Origin: a virus
Taxonomy: Duplodnaviria; Caudoviricetes
Length of the DNA stretch: 64,000 nucleotides
Reading direction: 5' to 3' (one strand)
IMG/VR virus record: IMGVR_UViG_3300037067_004891
Location: 160,001-224,000 of that record
Shown: piece by piece, positions 9,158-20,597 of the stretch
Layout: the number at the start of each line of letters is the position of its first letter
Position numbering within the stretch: position 1 is the first letter of the stretch
Position numbers and translations under genes: made by a program
The notes under the pieces: generated by a model
Database searches by the model: none
What the model saw: the letters and a program-made list of their open reading frames with translations, nothing else
Told to the model about the DNA's origin: nothing

Positions 9158-9852
9158 ACTACAAGATTCATAATATGAATCGAATCTATTAAATCATCAA
9201 ACGGTTTAGGTATTTTCTTCGAACCAAGTAATATACTCTTATTTAAATTTACATAATATAATATAGGACTTTGAATGTTTGCATCAAGCATAGCAATTAA
9301 CATATCTGATTTTTCAAAATCCCCACCTTTAGCACCATTTGGACTCATTGATATCATAGGGTCTTTTAGTGTTTGACCCTTCTTACCTATTGGTGCTGGT
9401 AAATAACCATAAGTATTAATACAAGTTTGTAATTTGACGGTGTTGGGAGATATTATTTCGATATGTACCTTGGGTATTCTAACTAAAATTTTTTGTCTTA
9501 TTAAAGTTGAAAAACCAACTATATCTATCAAAGAATTTGTGTTTTTATTATTAAAAGAATACCCCTCAATATTTACAATGGTGTCTTGGTAAGGGTCAAT
9601 GTTGTTCAATATATCATCTAAAATTAAATCCGAAGATTCTTCGAAATCTTTTAATTTATTTATTTCTCTTTCGGAATACTTTTCAACATCTTCTCTACAT
9701 ATTAAAAATCTAAAATTTACAATTTTTTCAATTTCTTTAACCCATTTGTTATTTGGTTTTGTTGTAGTATAGTTAAATAGTTCTATTTTCTCATCCGATT
9801 TCAAAGACATAGCAGTGGATGATAAAGATATATCCAAACCAATTTTATTCAT
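9154..9852 (-). CDS. RuvC-like Holliday junction resolvase
   Basis: IGLDISLSST, IEGYSF and DLIDS acidic motifs. Confidence 0.75.
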   Translation of the reverse strand: MNKIGLDISLSSTAMSLKSDEKIELFNYTTTKPNNKWVKEIEKIVNFRFLICREDVEKYSEREINKLKDFEESSDLILDDILNNIDPYQDTIVNIEGYSFNNKNTNSLIDIVGFSTLIRQKILVRIPKVHIEIISPNTVKLQTCINTYGYLPAPIGKKGQTLKDPMISMSPNGAKGGDFEKSDMLIAMLDANIQSPILYYVNLNKSILLGSKKIPKPFDDLIDSIHIMNLVV

Positions 9853-9861
9853 TTATTAATA

Positions 9862-10143
9862 TTATTTTTTTATTATGATACAGTATGGTGAATCACTTTT
9901 TTGAATGATGTCATAATATTCATTCCTTACTATATCAGGATTAATATATCTTTTCGTTGTTTTAATTTCATCTTTTGAAACAAGAATTTTTTTTAATATT
10001 TTGTAATTTATTTCTTGTGGAATTCCCTTATAAATTACTTTATCAAGTTGACAATCAAAAATCAAATTTAGAATATATTCTCTTAACTCCTTTTTCGTTT
10101 TTATAGGTTTGTAAACAAGATTGTTTTGAAGTTCTATATCCAT
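9862..10143 (-). CDS. hypothetical protein
   Basis: ORF track. Confidence 0.55.
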   Translation of the reverse strand: MDIELQNNLVYKPIKTKKELREYILNLIFDCQLDKVIYKGIPQEINYKILKKILVSKDEIKTTKRYINPDIVRNEYYDIIQKSDSPYCIIIKK

Positions 10144-10312
10144 AACAAAAATTTCGTTTTATTTGTTTACGAAAATTCGTAAACAAAATTACAAAAAAAT
10201 TAACATATTTCCAAAATCACAATACTTTTTTTAAAATAATATATAATGATATATGTAGGATTTTTTTTATTTAATAAAAATGAGTTATTTTGAAGTATAA
10301 AAAATTATAAAT

Positions 10313-11821
10313 ATGAGAAACTATAAATCATTCATCGCAGAAAACTTAGAATCAGAAGATAATAAGAAAGACGTTAAACTTTCATATGAAATAAATACAT
10401 TCACTATTGAGTTGTCTCAAAATAAGCTTTCTACGTTTGATAAGTTAATGAAAAATATTAAACGTTATTCAAAACAGATTGGTCTGCCTATGCCAGTCAT
10501 AAAAGATTTACCACCAAAAAAATATTATATTTTATCTAAGATTTATTTAGATAACAATTTAGATAACAAAACACATTTTTATAAAGAAACAATAACTGAT
10601 GATGATAAAAAAGCATCAAATTTTAAAACCGAATACATAAAGAAATCACCTAAAACAAATTTTCAAATATTTTCAACTGAGGTATATTCAAAAACAATTG
10701 AATTAGTTGCCGAAATAAAACCACAAGATGAATGGGTTATTTTAGGTGTTATTAACCACATTGATGGTATTATAAAAGCTGCACCTAATCAACAAATACC
10801 TTTTGATTTAATACCTTCTGATTTACACAATTCTTGTACTTGTGACCATTGTAATACAGAAAGAACCCGCAACAAGACCGTCTATATTAAAAATTTAAAA
10901 GATGGTAAAACCATTAGAGTTGGTGGTTCATGTATCAAATACTATCTTGGTTATAAATATGAACACATTTTGGATTATTTATCGGATTTACAGTTGTTTG
11001 TAACCAGCTTCAATAATATGTCAAATGATGTGTATGATGAATTTGACGGTTATAATGGTGATAGATATATTCAAACGCAAGTAGATATCAAAGATTGTGT
11101 TAGATATTTCTCTTGGTATATTAAAAAACACGGTTATATATCTAAAAGCGGTGCTGAGAAAATAAATAGCAAAAAAATAGAAAAAGCTACTGGTGATATA
11201 GAACCTAAATTAGTATCATCAACTGGTGGTGTTGTATCAAATACATTATCATTTGTGAACTCTCCCCCACCTGAAAATGATTATGTATTATGGGCAGAAG
11301 AAGTTGCTATGGTAAATGATGTTATATCAAAAGAAAATGATGATTTTTATAATAAATTAGTTCCTTTTGTTGAAGCTGAATATAAAACCAATAATTTTCT
11401 TTTCAATATACATAACTTTATAAACAAGGGTGTTGTTGATTTAAAATGTATTAGTTACATCATTGGAGCTTGCTCAATGCTCCAAGGTAAAATATCTTAT
11501 GAAGAATTTAAAAATAAATCAAAAGAAGAACAGAAAGAATCGAATTGGGTTGGTAATGTTGGTGAAAAAGTTAAATTAGAAAACTTAACCATTAAACATT
11601 TTTCTGGTTTCGAGGGTCAGTGGGGTTGGACTTCCATTTTCAAGTTAGAAGATGAAAATGGAAATCAATACACCAGATTCGGTGATATTCCTAAGAAATT
11701 CTTAGTGTCTGGCGAAGAAGTCATCGTTGGAAGTGTTGTTAGTTTTACGGCTGAAATTAAGAAACACGATACTTATAATAACAATAAGCAAACAGTCTTA
11801 GGTAGATTGTTCAAAGTATAA
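10313..11821 (+). CDS. putative internal head protein with Zn-binding motif and C-terminal OB-like domain
   Basis: N-terminus MRNYKSFIAE; CDHC...GGSC; beta-rich C-terminus. Confidence 0.55.
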   Translation: MRNYKSFIAENLESEDNKKDVKLSYEINTFTIELSQNKLSTFDKLMKNIKRYSKQIGLPMPVIKDLPPKKYYILSKIYLDNNLDNKTHFYKETITDDDKKASNFKTEYIKKSPKTNFQIFSTEVYSKTIELVAEIKPQDEWVILGVINHIDGIIKAAPNQQIPFDLIPSDLHNSCTCDHCNTERTRNKTVYIKNLKDGKTIRVGGSCIKYYLGYKYEHILDYLSDLQLFVTSFNNMSNDVYDEFDGYNGDRYIQTQVDIKDCVRYFSWYIKKHGYISKSGAEKINSKKIEKATGDIEPKLVSSTGGVVSNTLSFVNSPPPENDYVLWAEEVAMVNDVISKENDDFYNKLVPFVEAEYKTNNFLFNIHNFINKGVVDLKCISYIIGACSMLQGKISYEEFKNKSKEEQKESNWVGNVGEKVKLENLTIKHFSGFEGQWGWTSIFKLEDENGNQYTRFGDIPKKFLVSGEEVIVGSVVSFTAEIKKHDTYNNNKQTVLGRLFKV

Positions 11822-12189
11822 AAAATTTTATTCTTCAAAAATTTCTTTTATTTTATATTTTCGCAAATCAGCATTAGTGATATTATATTCCACCTGAAGT
11901 TTTTTTGTGTCGTGTTCCTTGAAATAAATACTAATATTAAATAATGTTACTTCATCTTTAAAATAATGAATATCCTCATAGGTTTTTCCTTTCATTATAA
12001 CAGTGTTTGAGTGTAAAATTATCTCATTGTAATCCCTGAGAGTGTTTTCAATCTTTTTTATTTTTCGTATCTCATGAGTTCATATTTCTTCGAATATTGG
12101 TTTTTCATACACAAATATAATATTTTATTTTTAGATGTATATTTTTTAATATATAATATAATTCTAAAAAAATAATATTTTCAAGCTTA

Positions 12190-15100
12190 GTGAAGAATCT
12201 CAGATTTTACAATAAAGAGGGTTATCCTTACAACTTCCAATATAATGACGATACTGAAAAATGGGAAGGTAAAATGTTATTCGACCCAAATAGTAGCGAT
12301 TTATATAAAACAATAGGTATCTATTTATTTGAACATGTAGAACCGATCTCGTTTGCTGATTATTTCAATTTCAACAAATTTGAAATTTACAATGATAGTG
12401 GAATAATATTCAAGGGATCGACAAAACAAGGTTTAAATATCGAAAATATTCAAAAAACTAATAATTCATCAGCATTTAAAACAAAATGGATAAAGGGTAA
12501 AGGATTTCATCAGATATTTCCTGAAGGAACGGTTGTTAGATTCGTGTTAAGTGGCGCAAATTATACAGATTTCGCAGATGACTTATATTTTAATGTATTG
12601 GAAACCCGAAAAAATGAAATATTAGTTCAAACACAAACCACGAATGATATATTTGCAGCATTCACATACACATCTGGAAAAATATACAGTTGCGATGTTA
12701 TAAAATACCCAGATTATAATCAAGGATATGGTGCAATGTTTAGTTCAAAAATATATGTAGGTAAACAACTATCCGTAGTAAATTCAGATAAAAATTCAGG
12801 TGTAGTTGAAGTTAAAGATTATGAGGTCTTAAAAAGAAATATATATGATTTCGAATTATCAGGAACTACTAATGATAAATTAAATCTTGAAATTACATTA
12901 TTAACAGATAGAATTTTATTACACAATGGTGTTGTGAATATTATTGGAAACAAATTCATATTTAGTCAACCATTTGGTGATACTTTTAATATTGGACAAA
13001 ATATAATATTTGAAGATTATAATGGAAACCAATTATTAAACGGATATCAATATACAATCACATCAATATCGGATAACATCTCGGTCAAAACTGGAGTAAA
13101 TTTAGAATTCTTTGAATATTATGATGAAAACACAACGGACGAAACTGAATATTATATTAGAACAACATCAACACTCAATGTTCAGTTAGTAGCAAATGAT
13201 ATAATATACTTCACTGGTGCATCTTTAAATATCCAAAAGGATTTCAAAGTTTTATACACTTATCAAGAAGATGGTTATACATATATTCAACTCGAACAAC
13301 ATGTTCATGAAGAAAATGTGACAAACATGTCAATTGTAAAACGATTAAGATTTTATGAATATTTTACTTTAGATGCTTCTGGAATACCACTCACTCAAAC
13401 AATTGATGGCAATTGTTTTTTAACAACAAATATTTTAAACTATAAACAAGACATTATACCCGCAGCATCAGGTTATACTACTTATCATGAAACAATAAAT
13501 GCTTTTGTAAAAAATTTTAATAACGATTTAAATAAACTTGGTATCAATTCATATCTGTTAAATGATAAACTAATAATTGAAGGATTGTATGATTATACAT
13601 ATGCGCCATATTTCACAGTTACTCTGTATTTAGAAAATGATGGAGTAAATGTTGGAACAATTCCAAATCAAAATACATATTCATCTGCATCTGTTTCAGA
13701 TATACATTATATATTCACCGAAGAAAAAATATACAATGAAAAAATTTATTTATATGAAACAAATAAATTATCAAGTAATTATAACGAAGAAATAATATTT
13801 GATTTATATAATGATGTTTTAGATTACGGTTTTAATTTAACTTTAAACGATGTAGAATATTTCATTAATTACCAAGATAGTACTGGAACAACAAACAACA
13901 CACAAGAAACCATTAAAGACTTTGTTGAAAAATACTACACAGCATTGTATAACAAAGGAATAGAAATTTTTACTGGTACGACAGTGGATAACAAATTATA
14001 TATTCAAACATTATATCCAGATATTCAAATATTGAGTTTAAAAATTAAAGTAAACACATATTCTTCTTACAATATATTATATCAATCAGAAAACGAATTC
14101 AAAACAAATGGCATTATCATATCTGGTAATCAACTGGATATATCTATGATGGGTTCAACGAATTTATTTGATATTGGATTGTCAACTGGTATGATATTTT
14201 CAGTATCGGGTAGTTCATATAATGAAAACGAAAAAGAATATAACATATTAGGTTTAACTACTAATACAATACAATTGTCATATCAGGGTGCATTTTTTGA
14301 AGAAAATAATATTCTTTTAGATATTGATTCAAGAGAATATATTCGTAAGCCAAGACTATCATACAATAAAGATATTTATTATAGATTTTCGTGGATAACA
14401 AGCGATGAACATCTTATTGATGAATCTATATTTTTCTATGATATCTCTGGTGAACAACTTCAACCACCAAAAGATAATTCTGGAAACTATATTGAAAAAT
14501 TAAGATATATAGGACAAAAACCAATATGGGATTCAAAACAACAAAATATCATTAGATTAAATAAAGAACCAAATAATAAATTGGAATATATTTCAAACCC
14601 GAAATATCAACAAACAATATTTTCAGAATTAAACTTTTTATTACCTCAACTGGATTCTGATGATGATTTCAACTATCTACCAAAACCATTTGAAATTTTT
14701 ATTGGTTATAATACGTTAAACGAAGGTGTTAATTATAACATGATGAAAATAGAAAAGGTTGAAAGTGTTGTTTTTAGTGGCATAACGGGTGTTTCAGATA
14801 ATTTTTTTATTTTTAATACAGATGGAATAATTGAATTTAAATCAAACACTTTTGATAATTTTATAAATTTGGGATTTGAAATTGGACAACCAATACAAAT
14901 TAAAATGACCGATACTAACCCATATGATCAGTCATTATTCAAAAATTATGAAACATATACTATTATAGATATTTTAAAAAATAAAATAGTAGTTGATATT
15001 TCTAATATTAATGATTTCGTATATTTCAATTCGTCTGGTAAAACATTCAATTACTCAATTAATGTTCAACCAAAAGAAATTGGTCGTTTTTCTATTTATG

Positions 15101-16179
15101 GTGAAACTGAAATCGAAGATGAACGCTTTGATATAAATTTAAAAAACTTAGGTATCCGAATACACAAAGAAGAAGAAATGATTTTCAAAGATTCCGACTT
15201 AGAAGAAAATGGTATAGATTATTCTTTGTTAAATAGAAAACGAAAAGAAATGTTAATAATGTATCCACATATTTATAATTATATTGGTGCATATAAATCT
15301 CTTATGGGAGCTATTAATTTCTTTGGGTATAATGATTTGGAACTGTATGAATATTATAAAAATGTCAACTCCAGTTCTCCTTTTTATAAAAAATATATGA
15401 GAATATACATTCCTGATATATTTGATACCACAGTAGATGGATGGAATGAAGTCGATTTTATTAAAAATAAAGGAAATAGAAATAATTATGTCAAAAGTAA
15501 TTTATTCAATTTGACTTACAAAATAACTGATGAAGATGGTTACAATTTGAATTTATATTCATTAAAAGAAGTTCAAATAAAACTTCAAAAATTGAAATTA
15601 TGGTTAAGAGAAAACGTCATTCCACTTTCAACAAACATTATTGATATAACAGGCTCGGCTAAAATACCAAATACTAATTATTTAGTGCATGATACATCAA
15701 ACCAGATAAAAAAATTAAAAACTGAAAAAACAGGAATTGTTATAAATTTTAATCATATTACTACACTTAATTTCAGTACAAATTATTTATTTTCAATTTT
15801 TTTCTATACAGTTAGTGGGTTTATTCCAGATCATTTTGAATTGATAATAAAAACTTTCACCAAAAATGCAGAAGGAAAATTAATACCCGTTCAATATTTT
15901 AAAGTATTTAAAACAGACCTCGAACCATTTAATTTTAATATAGATAAAGATGTAGACCCATATATTTACATCGAAACATCATATTATGGTGATTATGGTG
16001 TTGGTTATCGTAATACTGAATTGTTTAATTTTGATGAACCAAAAAACTATTATTTAATCAATAATAATTTTAGATATAAATATTATCCAAGAATAAGTAC
16101 CAATGAAGGATACTATATTATAGATGATGATGGCAGTCTTTGGATTGTAGAAGAATATAGCAATGTTATAAATAGTTAA
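12190..16179 (+). CDS. large putative virion/baseplate structural protein (1329 aa)
   Basis: Long ORF, beta-rich composition, AATATATA motif upstream. Confidence 0.55.
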   Translation: MKNLRFYNKEGYPYNFQYNDDTEKWEGKMLFDPNSSDLYKTIGIYLFEHVEPISFADYFNFNKFEIYNDSGIIFKGSTKQGLNIENIQKTNNSSAFKTKWIKGKGFHQIFPEGTVVRFVLSGANYTDFADDLYFNVLETRKNEILVQTQTTNDIFAAFTYTSGKIYSCDVIKYPDYNQGYGAMFSSKIYVGKQLSVVNSDKNSGVVEVKDYEVLKRNIYDFELSGTTNDKLNLEITLLTDRILLHNGVVNIIGNKFIFSQPFGDTFNIGQNIIFEDYNGNQLLNGYQYTITSISDNISVKTGVNLEFFEYYDENTTDETEYYIRTTSTLNVQLVANDIIYFTGASLNIQKDFKVLYTYQEDGYTYIQLEQHVHEENVTNMSIVKRLRFYEYFTLDASGIPLTQTIDGNCFLTTNILNYKQDIIPAASGYTTYHETINAFVKNFNNDLNKLGINSYLLNDKLIIEGLYDYTYAPYFTVTLYLENDGVNVGTIPNQNTYSSASVSDIHYIFTEEKIYNEKIYLYETNKLSSNYNEEIIFDLYNDVLDYGFNLTLNDVEYFINYQDSTGTTNNTQETIKDFVEKYYTALYNKGIEIFTGTTVDNKLYIQTLYPDIQILSLKIKVNTYSSYNILYQSENEFKTNGIIISGNQLDISMMGSTNLFDIGLSTGMIFSVSGSSYNENEKEYNILGLTTNTIQLSYQGAFFEENNILLDIDSREYIRKPRLSYNKDIYYRFSWITSDEHLIDESIFFYDISGEQLQPPKDNSGNYIEKLRYIGQKPIWDSKQQNIIRLNKEPNNKLEYISNPKYQQTIFSELNFLLPQLDSDDDFNYLPKPFEIFIGYNTLNEGVNYNMMKIEKVESVVFSGITGVSDNFFIFNTDGIIEFKSNTFDNFINLGFEIGQPIQIKMTDTNPYDQSLFKNYETYTIIDILKNKIVVDISNINDFVYFNSSGKTFNYSINVQPKEIGRFSIYGETEIEDERFDINLKNLGIRIHKEEEMIFKDSDLEENGIDYSLLNRKRKEMLIMYPHIYNYIGAYKSLMGAINFFGYNDLELYEYYKNVNSSSPFYKKYMRIYIPDIFDTTVDGWNEVDFIKNKGNRNNYVKSNLFNLTYKITDEDGYNLNLYSLKEVQIKLQKLKLWLRENVIPLSTNIIDITGSAKIPNTNYLVHDTSNQIKKLKTEKTGIVINFNHITTLNFSTNYLFSIFFYTVSGFIPDHFELIIKTFTKNAEGKLIPVQYFKVFKTDLEPFNFNIDKDVDPYIYIETSYYGDYGVGYRNTELFNFDEPKNYYLINNNFRYKYYPRISTNEGYYIIDDDGSLWIVEEYSNVINS

Positions 16180-16195
16180 ATTATTTGAAGAATAA

Positions 16196-16426
16196 TTAAT
16201 TCAAATGTAATATTTCTTCTCTTATGTGTTTAATATGTTTATACTTAAAATATCTGATAGCATCTAACACCATCGCATAGGGTAAACATCCACCTATTAT
16301 AAAAAAAATAGTCACAACGACAGGTATACATATCATAATAGAAGCTTGTTGCAGAATAGGTTTATTAATTATAATATTTTCAAATTTTATATAATTTCCA
16401 TTAATTAAATAATTAGTGTTTTTCAT
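16196..16426 (-). CDS. small membrane protein
   Basis: Single hydrophobic segment. Confidence 0.45.
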   Translation of the reverse strand: MKNTNYLINGNYIKFENIIINKPILQQASIMICIPVVVTIFFIIGGCLPYAMVLDAIRYFKYKHIKHIREEILHLN

Positions 16427-16449
16427 AATTTAAAATATTCTAAAAAAAA

Positions 16450-16938
16450 TTATTTGAAATTTTTGTTTTTTAATTCTGAGCGAACATTCATAAGAACTTT
16501 TCCAAGTAAGTTTTGTCCTTTCCATTTTGTTTCATCAAGAATATCAGGGTTATTTTCATCCATAGCAATACCCCAAATAGAATCTCTTGGGTTAACTTCA
16601 ACAAGTATTTTATCACCAGTTGCTAATAACTTGTTTTTCAAGTCCTCATTTTGGTTATATTTAAGAAAATTAACTTCATACATTACATCAAACCTAACTT
16701 TAGACCAATAATCATCGTTATAATCTTTGACTTTTCTACCCAATGCTTTAGCTTCATATGGTACTGGAGTTCTGAGTATTTCTTCGGCTGTTTCAAAATC
16801 TTCAAAAAACATTGCCTTATGATACATAAACATTTGCTCAGTATTATTGAATGTTTTATCACCATCTTTGATAATACAAGCTTTGAAATTACTTAGCCAT
16901 TCTTTCAAAAAGAATATGTGGGTATCCGTTGTTTTCAT
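16450..16938 (-). CDS. NADAR (YbiA-like) family hydrolase
   Basis: LSNF, TEQMFMYHKA, KALGRKV, LLATG, D.IWGI, GQNLLGKVLM motifs. Confidence 0.9.
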   Translation of the reverse strand: MKTTDTHIFFLKEWLSNFKACIIKDGDKTFNNTEQMFMYHKAMFFEDFETAEEILRTPVPYEAKALGRKVKDYNDDYWSKVRFDVMYEVNFLKYNQNEDLKNKLLATGDKILVEVNPRDSIWGIAMDENNPDILDETKWKGQNLLGKVLMNVRSELKNKNFK

Positions 16939-16947
16939 AAGTTATTT

Positions 16948-17748
16948 TTATTTTTCTATAATAAAATTTAATGGTGCAATATTATTATTTTTAAATGAAT
17001 CTACTATTCTTTTTTCAATTATTATAAAATCATCTGAATTTTTTTCAATTAATATAAAATCTCTATTCAAATTTATACAAGCCTCACCAAGTGTTCCGCT
17101 ACCAGCAGTATTATCTAAAACTAAAGCACCTTCATCTGTATATGTTTTGACAATCCATTCTATTAATTTAACAGGTTTTTGTGTTCTATGAATAGCTACA
17201 CTTGGATGAGGTTTTTGAAATTTTAATATACTCGTTGGGTGCTTCATATCTCCAAGAATTTCAGCGTTATCAACAAACTCGGCATGACCATAATTATTAT
17301 TGGCGACTTTTTTTTCCTTACCCCTTGAATGTGAAACTGCACCTTTTACTTTTTGTGGGTTATAAATGGGTTGTTTTCTATAAAACACCATAATATCTTC
17401 ATGACATCTTAAAGGCATTCGGTTTGCATTCAACACACCCGTAACCAATTCTTTATCCCATATAAGATTATACTTGTGATTTTTATCACTCAACATCATT
17501 TTAGCCGTGAATTTATCCTGACCAAATAAGACAACTGGAGCATTTAGTTTTGCAATACGCCAGTATTGTTCCCATAATTTTGATGGGTCAATCATAATAT
17601 CTAACTTATTAGCAGTGACACCAAATGGTAAATCAGCACATATTAAATCAATACTATTATCTGGAATATGAGCCATCTTTTCCAAACAATCACCCCATAT
17701 TATTTTACTTTTATTAAAAAGATACCCACTCATAAAACCAAATCCCAA
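16948..17748 (-). CDS. DNA amino-methyltransferase (N4-C/N6-A, beta class)
   Basis: GDCLE, DLPF (motif IV), H.TQKPV, VLDNTAGSG (motif I). Confidence 0.88.
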   Translation of the reverse strand: MGFGFMSGYLFNKSKIIWGDCLEKMAHIPDNSIDLICADLPFGVTANKLDIMIDPSKLWEQYWRIAKLNAPVVLFGQDKFTAKMMLSDKNHKYNLIWDKELVTGVLNANRMPLRCHEDIMVFYRKQPIYNPQKVKGAVSHSRGKEKKVANNNYGHAEFVDNAEILGDMKHPTSILKFQKPHPSVAIHRTQKPVKLIEWIVKTYTDEGALVLDNTAGSGTLGEACINLNRDFILIEKNSDDFIIIEKRIVDSFKNNNIAPLNFIIEK

Positions 17749-17936
17749 AAATGTTTTTTAACAAAATTCTTTTTATTATTAGATGAATCAAAATGTTTCT
17801 CCATTAAAGCTTCCATAGCTTTAGCACCAGCTACAAATGCTTCATATGCAACAGCCTCTACATCACCATGTGACTGATGAATTCTGTTTTCATTTTCTTC
17901 ATACCACTTTTTGTAAATATTTTTATTGTCCGTCAT
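17730..17936 (-). CDS. hypothetical protein
   Basis: ORF track. Confidence 0.5.
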   Translation of the reverse strand: MTDNKNIYKKWYEENENRIHQSHGDVEAVAYEAFVAGAKAMEALMEKHFDSSNNKKNFVKKHFWDLVL

Positions 17937-18030
17937 CTTCTAATTGTTAACATTTAAACTTGAAAACGAATCAAATTCGGCTTCCTCAATTTTATAAATA
18001 GCGTATTTTTTAACGAGCATATTCAATTAA

Positions 18031-18579
18031 TTAAAATATTAAATAATCGGTTTTTATATTTTTATTCTCAATGTTTGTTAAAGTTTTATTTATTTTCTTC
18101 ATAACTTGTGAATCAAATCTTTTTATAAATAATGTTCCGAATATGTGATCGTATTCGTGTTGTATAATTCTTGCTATAACACCTTCATATTCAACACATT
18201 TACTTTCAAATTTGTCATTTAGATATTCTATTTTTATCTTATCAGATCGAGAAACATTCTCTAATAAAGATGGAAAACTTAAACAACTTTCAATAGCGAT
18301 GTTTTTAGTATCACTTCTTTCTGTTATAACTGGATTTATAAAAACTTCTTTAAACCCAAAAAACGAATTTTCTTCTAATCCTTCTGTTGTATCAACAATA
18401 AATAATTTTATTGGGAATCCAACTTGGTGTGCAGCAAGTCCTACACCTTTTGATGCATGTAGAGTTTCAAACATATTTTGGATTAAATCTTGTATTTCAT
18501 TTTTTTCTTGTTCTAAATTTATAAGTCTTGGTTGCTGAATTAAAACATTTTCACCATAGGTGTATATTGGTAATATCAT
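18031..18579 (-). CDS. def: peptide deformylase
   Basis: GVGLAAHQ, ESCLS and QHEYDH motifs. Confidence 0.93.
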   Translation of the reverse strand: MILPIYTYGENVLIQQPRLINLEQEKNEIQDLIQNMFETLHASKGVGLAAHQVGFPIKLFIVDTTEGLEENSFFGFKEVFINPVITERSDTKNIAIESCLSFPSLLENVSRSDKIKIEYLNDKFESKCVEYEGVIARIIQHEYDHIFGTLFIKRFDSQVMKKINKTLTNIENKNIKTDYLIF

Positions 18580-18645
18580 TAAATAATATTATTTTTAATT
18601 ACTATTATCGTAATTTGACTTTTATATAATCAATTACGTAATGTT

Positions 18646-18948
18646 TTAATCTTCATTTGATTTCGTTTCAGATTGAATTATTTCTAAATATTTTGTATTT
18701 AATAAATGTTCCAATTGTCCACAAATAGGAAGTTTTCCAATTCTGGAATCATTCAGATTAGTACATCTGAACCCGACATTAGGTATAAAATTTAACATGA
18801 TAGAAGAATTTTGATCTATTATTGCACCTCTTTGTAACATATAAGCAAGTTGTTCATCACCAAATTGGTTTATCAATGTATGAACTTTGGAATGATATTC
18901 AGTTAGTTTGTTGTGTTCTAATATTAGATTTAAACATGTTTTTAGCAT
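18646..18948 (-). CDS. hypothetical protein
   Basis: ORF track. Confidence 0.5.
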   Translation of the reverse strand: MLKTCLNLILEHNKLTEYHSKVHTLINQFGDEQLAYMLQRGAIIDQNSSIMLNFIPNVGFRCTNLNDSRIGKLPICGQLEHLLNTKYLEIIQSETKSNED

Positions 18949-19059
18949 ATTTCAATGATTATTTTTTGTTATATATTATATAATTAGTGTTTTGTTTGTA
19001 GTTTATAATTTTTTTATAATAAATATTATGCATATTTTTGTTGAATTAAAATAATTATT

Positions 19060-20008
19060 ATGAAGGAAAAAATGTTTTATAATGACATTTTTCAAATTGA
19101 AAGTTCTTGCGAAAAATGTAAAGAAGAAATTCACGAAACATTATTTGGTATTGATACCAGTGGGATATTTGATTTTAATCAAGAACAATCTCACAAATCA
19201 AATGAAGAACTTAAACGTGAAGAACGTAAAGCAAAAATTGAAGAAATATTTAATGATGAATTATGATAACAATAAATGACATACAGGAATTATATGATTA
19301 CAGAAATTCTAAACCTCAGAATTTTTCATTCAATTTCAGAGTAGTCGATAGCAAAAATAATCTGGATAGAACAGTAGAAGTCTATGCGACCAGTTTATTA
19401 GTTGCCAAAGAAAATCTTCAGAATGAAATCGGTCATAATTTTAATATAATAGAACTATGATAGTAGGTCAAATTTATACTTTTAAAAGTTTTTCCTTCCT
19501 GAATAAATTAGGTGGAACTGGTATGAGTAACTGGGAGCATGATGAAAAATTCGAAAAACCAGCAGCAGAATTCCAAATCATAAAAGTTTGGGAAGATTAT
19601 GAAATAGGTGAACGTGCGTGGGGTATTCCAATTGATGACGAAGTAAAAGAATATCTCAGTAGAGTATCCAATAAAGGTATTGATGTTTCTATGGGAGAAG
19701 GTGAACCTGAAATATTATTTCAGAATACATATGTTGTTTTTGTTGGATGTTCTGATTTTTTATTAGTTGAATATTAATAACCCATCGATAAAATGAACAC
19801 AATAGACACAAATTTAAGTAGATTAAACATCAGAAGTTTGGTAAGATGTATTTATGAAAAACAAAAACACATTTCAATTCTCAAACAATTAATTCCACAT
19901 CATAATAATGATTTGGAAACATCAACAAAAAAGAATGAAATAAAAGAATTGGAAAAACAAATCACTACCTATCAGGCAGAAATAAAAAGAAGATATAATA
20001 AAATTTAA
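19060..20008 (+). other. operon of four small hypothetical ORFs (19060-19266, 19263-19460, 19457-19777, 19793-20008)
   Basis: ATGA stop/start overlaps; TATTTTTG at 19033-19040. Confidence 0.65.
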
Positions 20009-20020
20009 TATTTTTATTTT

Positions 20021-20596
20021 ATGAAACCACTCGATTACATTAAAAAATATAACCTTGATAAAGGTGTAAACTTCAGTCATAATGAATTCATTTCAGACTT
20101 GACAATGGATTTTATTACACTTTTAGAAGTGGGTAATGCACGAGGTAATATTAAAGGTTATAATAACGCTGTCAATGCTATTCGAATGAAATGGGATGGC
20201 ATAGATAAAAAAACGGCTGGTCAATTACCTGAAAAACTCTGGAAATATTTTTTCGCTTCTGTGATAGCTAAATTGCGTGAAGAATTATTTCCAGAAGAAA
20301 TGAAAAGGCAACGACAAGAAAAAGAGGATTGGAAAAGAAGAAAAGAAGAATGGGAGCGCATGGAAAGAGAACACGATTCTTGGATATTTGGTTTCTTTTT
20401 ACATTCTTTATTTTCTAAACAAAAACCAGTTTCCAGTTTCCAAGTCCTCGGACTAACATCTGACGCAACGCTGGAAGACGTGAAAACAGAATATCGTAAA
20501 TTATCAATGATTCACCATCCTGACAAAGGTGGTAACAGAGATAAATTCATTGAGCTAACTGAGGCTAAAAACAAATGTTTGGCATTTTTATCATAA
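20021..20596 (+). CDS. protein with C-terminal DnaJ (J) domain
   Basis: VLGL...VKTEYRKLSMIHHPDKGG. Confidence 0.85.
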   Translation: MKPLDYIKKYNLDKGVNFSHNEFISDLTMDFITLLEVGNARGNIKGYNNAVNAIRMKWDGIDKKTAGQLPEKLWKYFFASVIAKLREELFPEEMKRQRQEKEDWKRRKEEWERMEREHDSWIFGFFLHSLFSKQKPVSSFQVLGLTSDATLEDVKTEYRKLSMIHHPDKGGNRDKFIELTEAKNKCLAFLS

Positions 20597-20597
20597 A

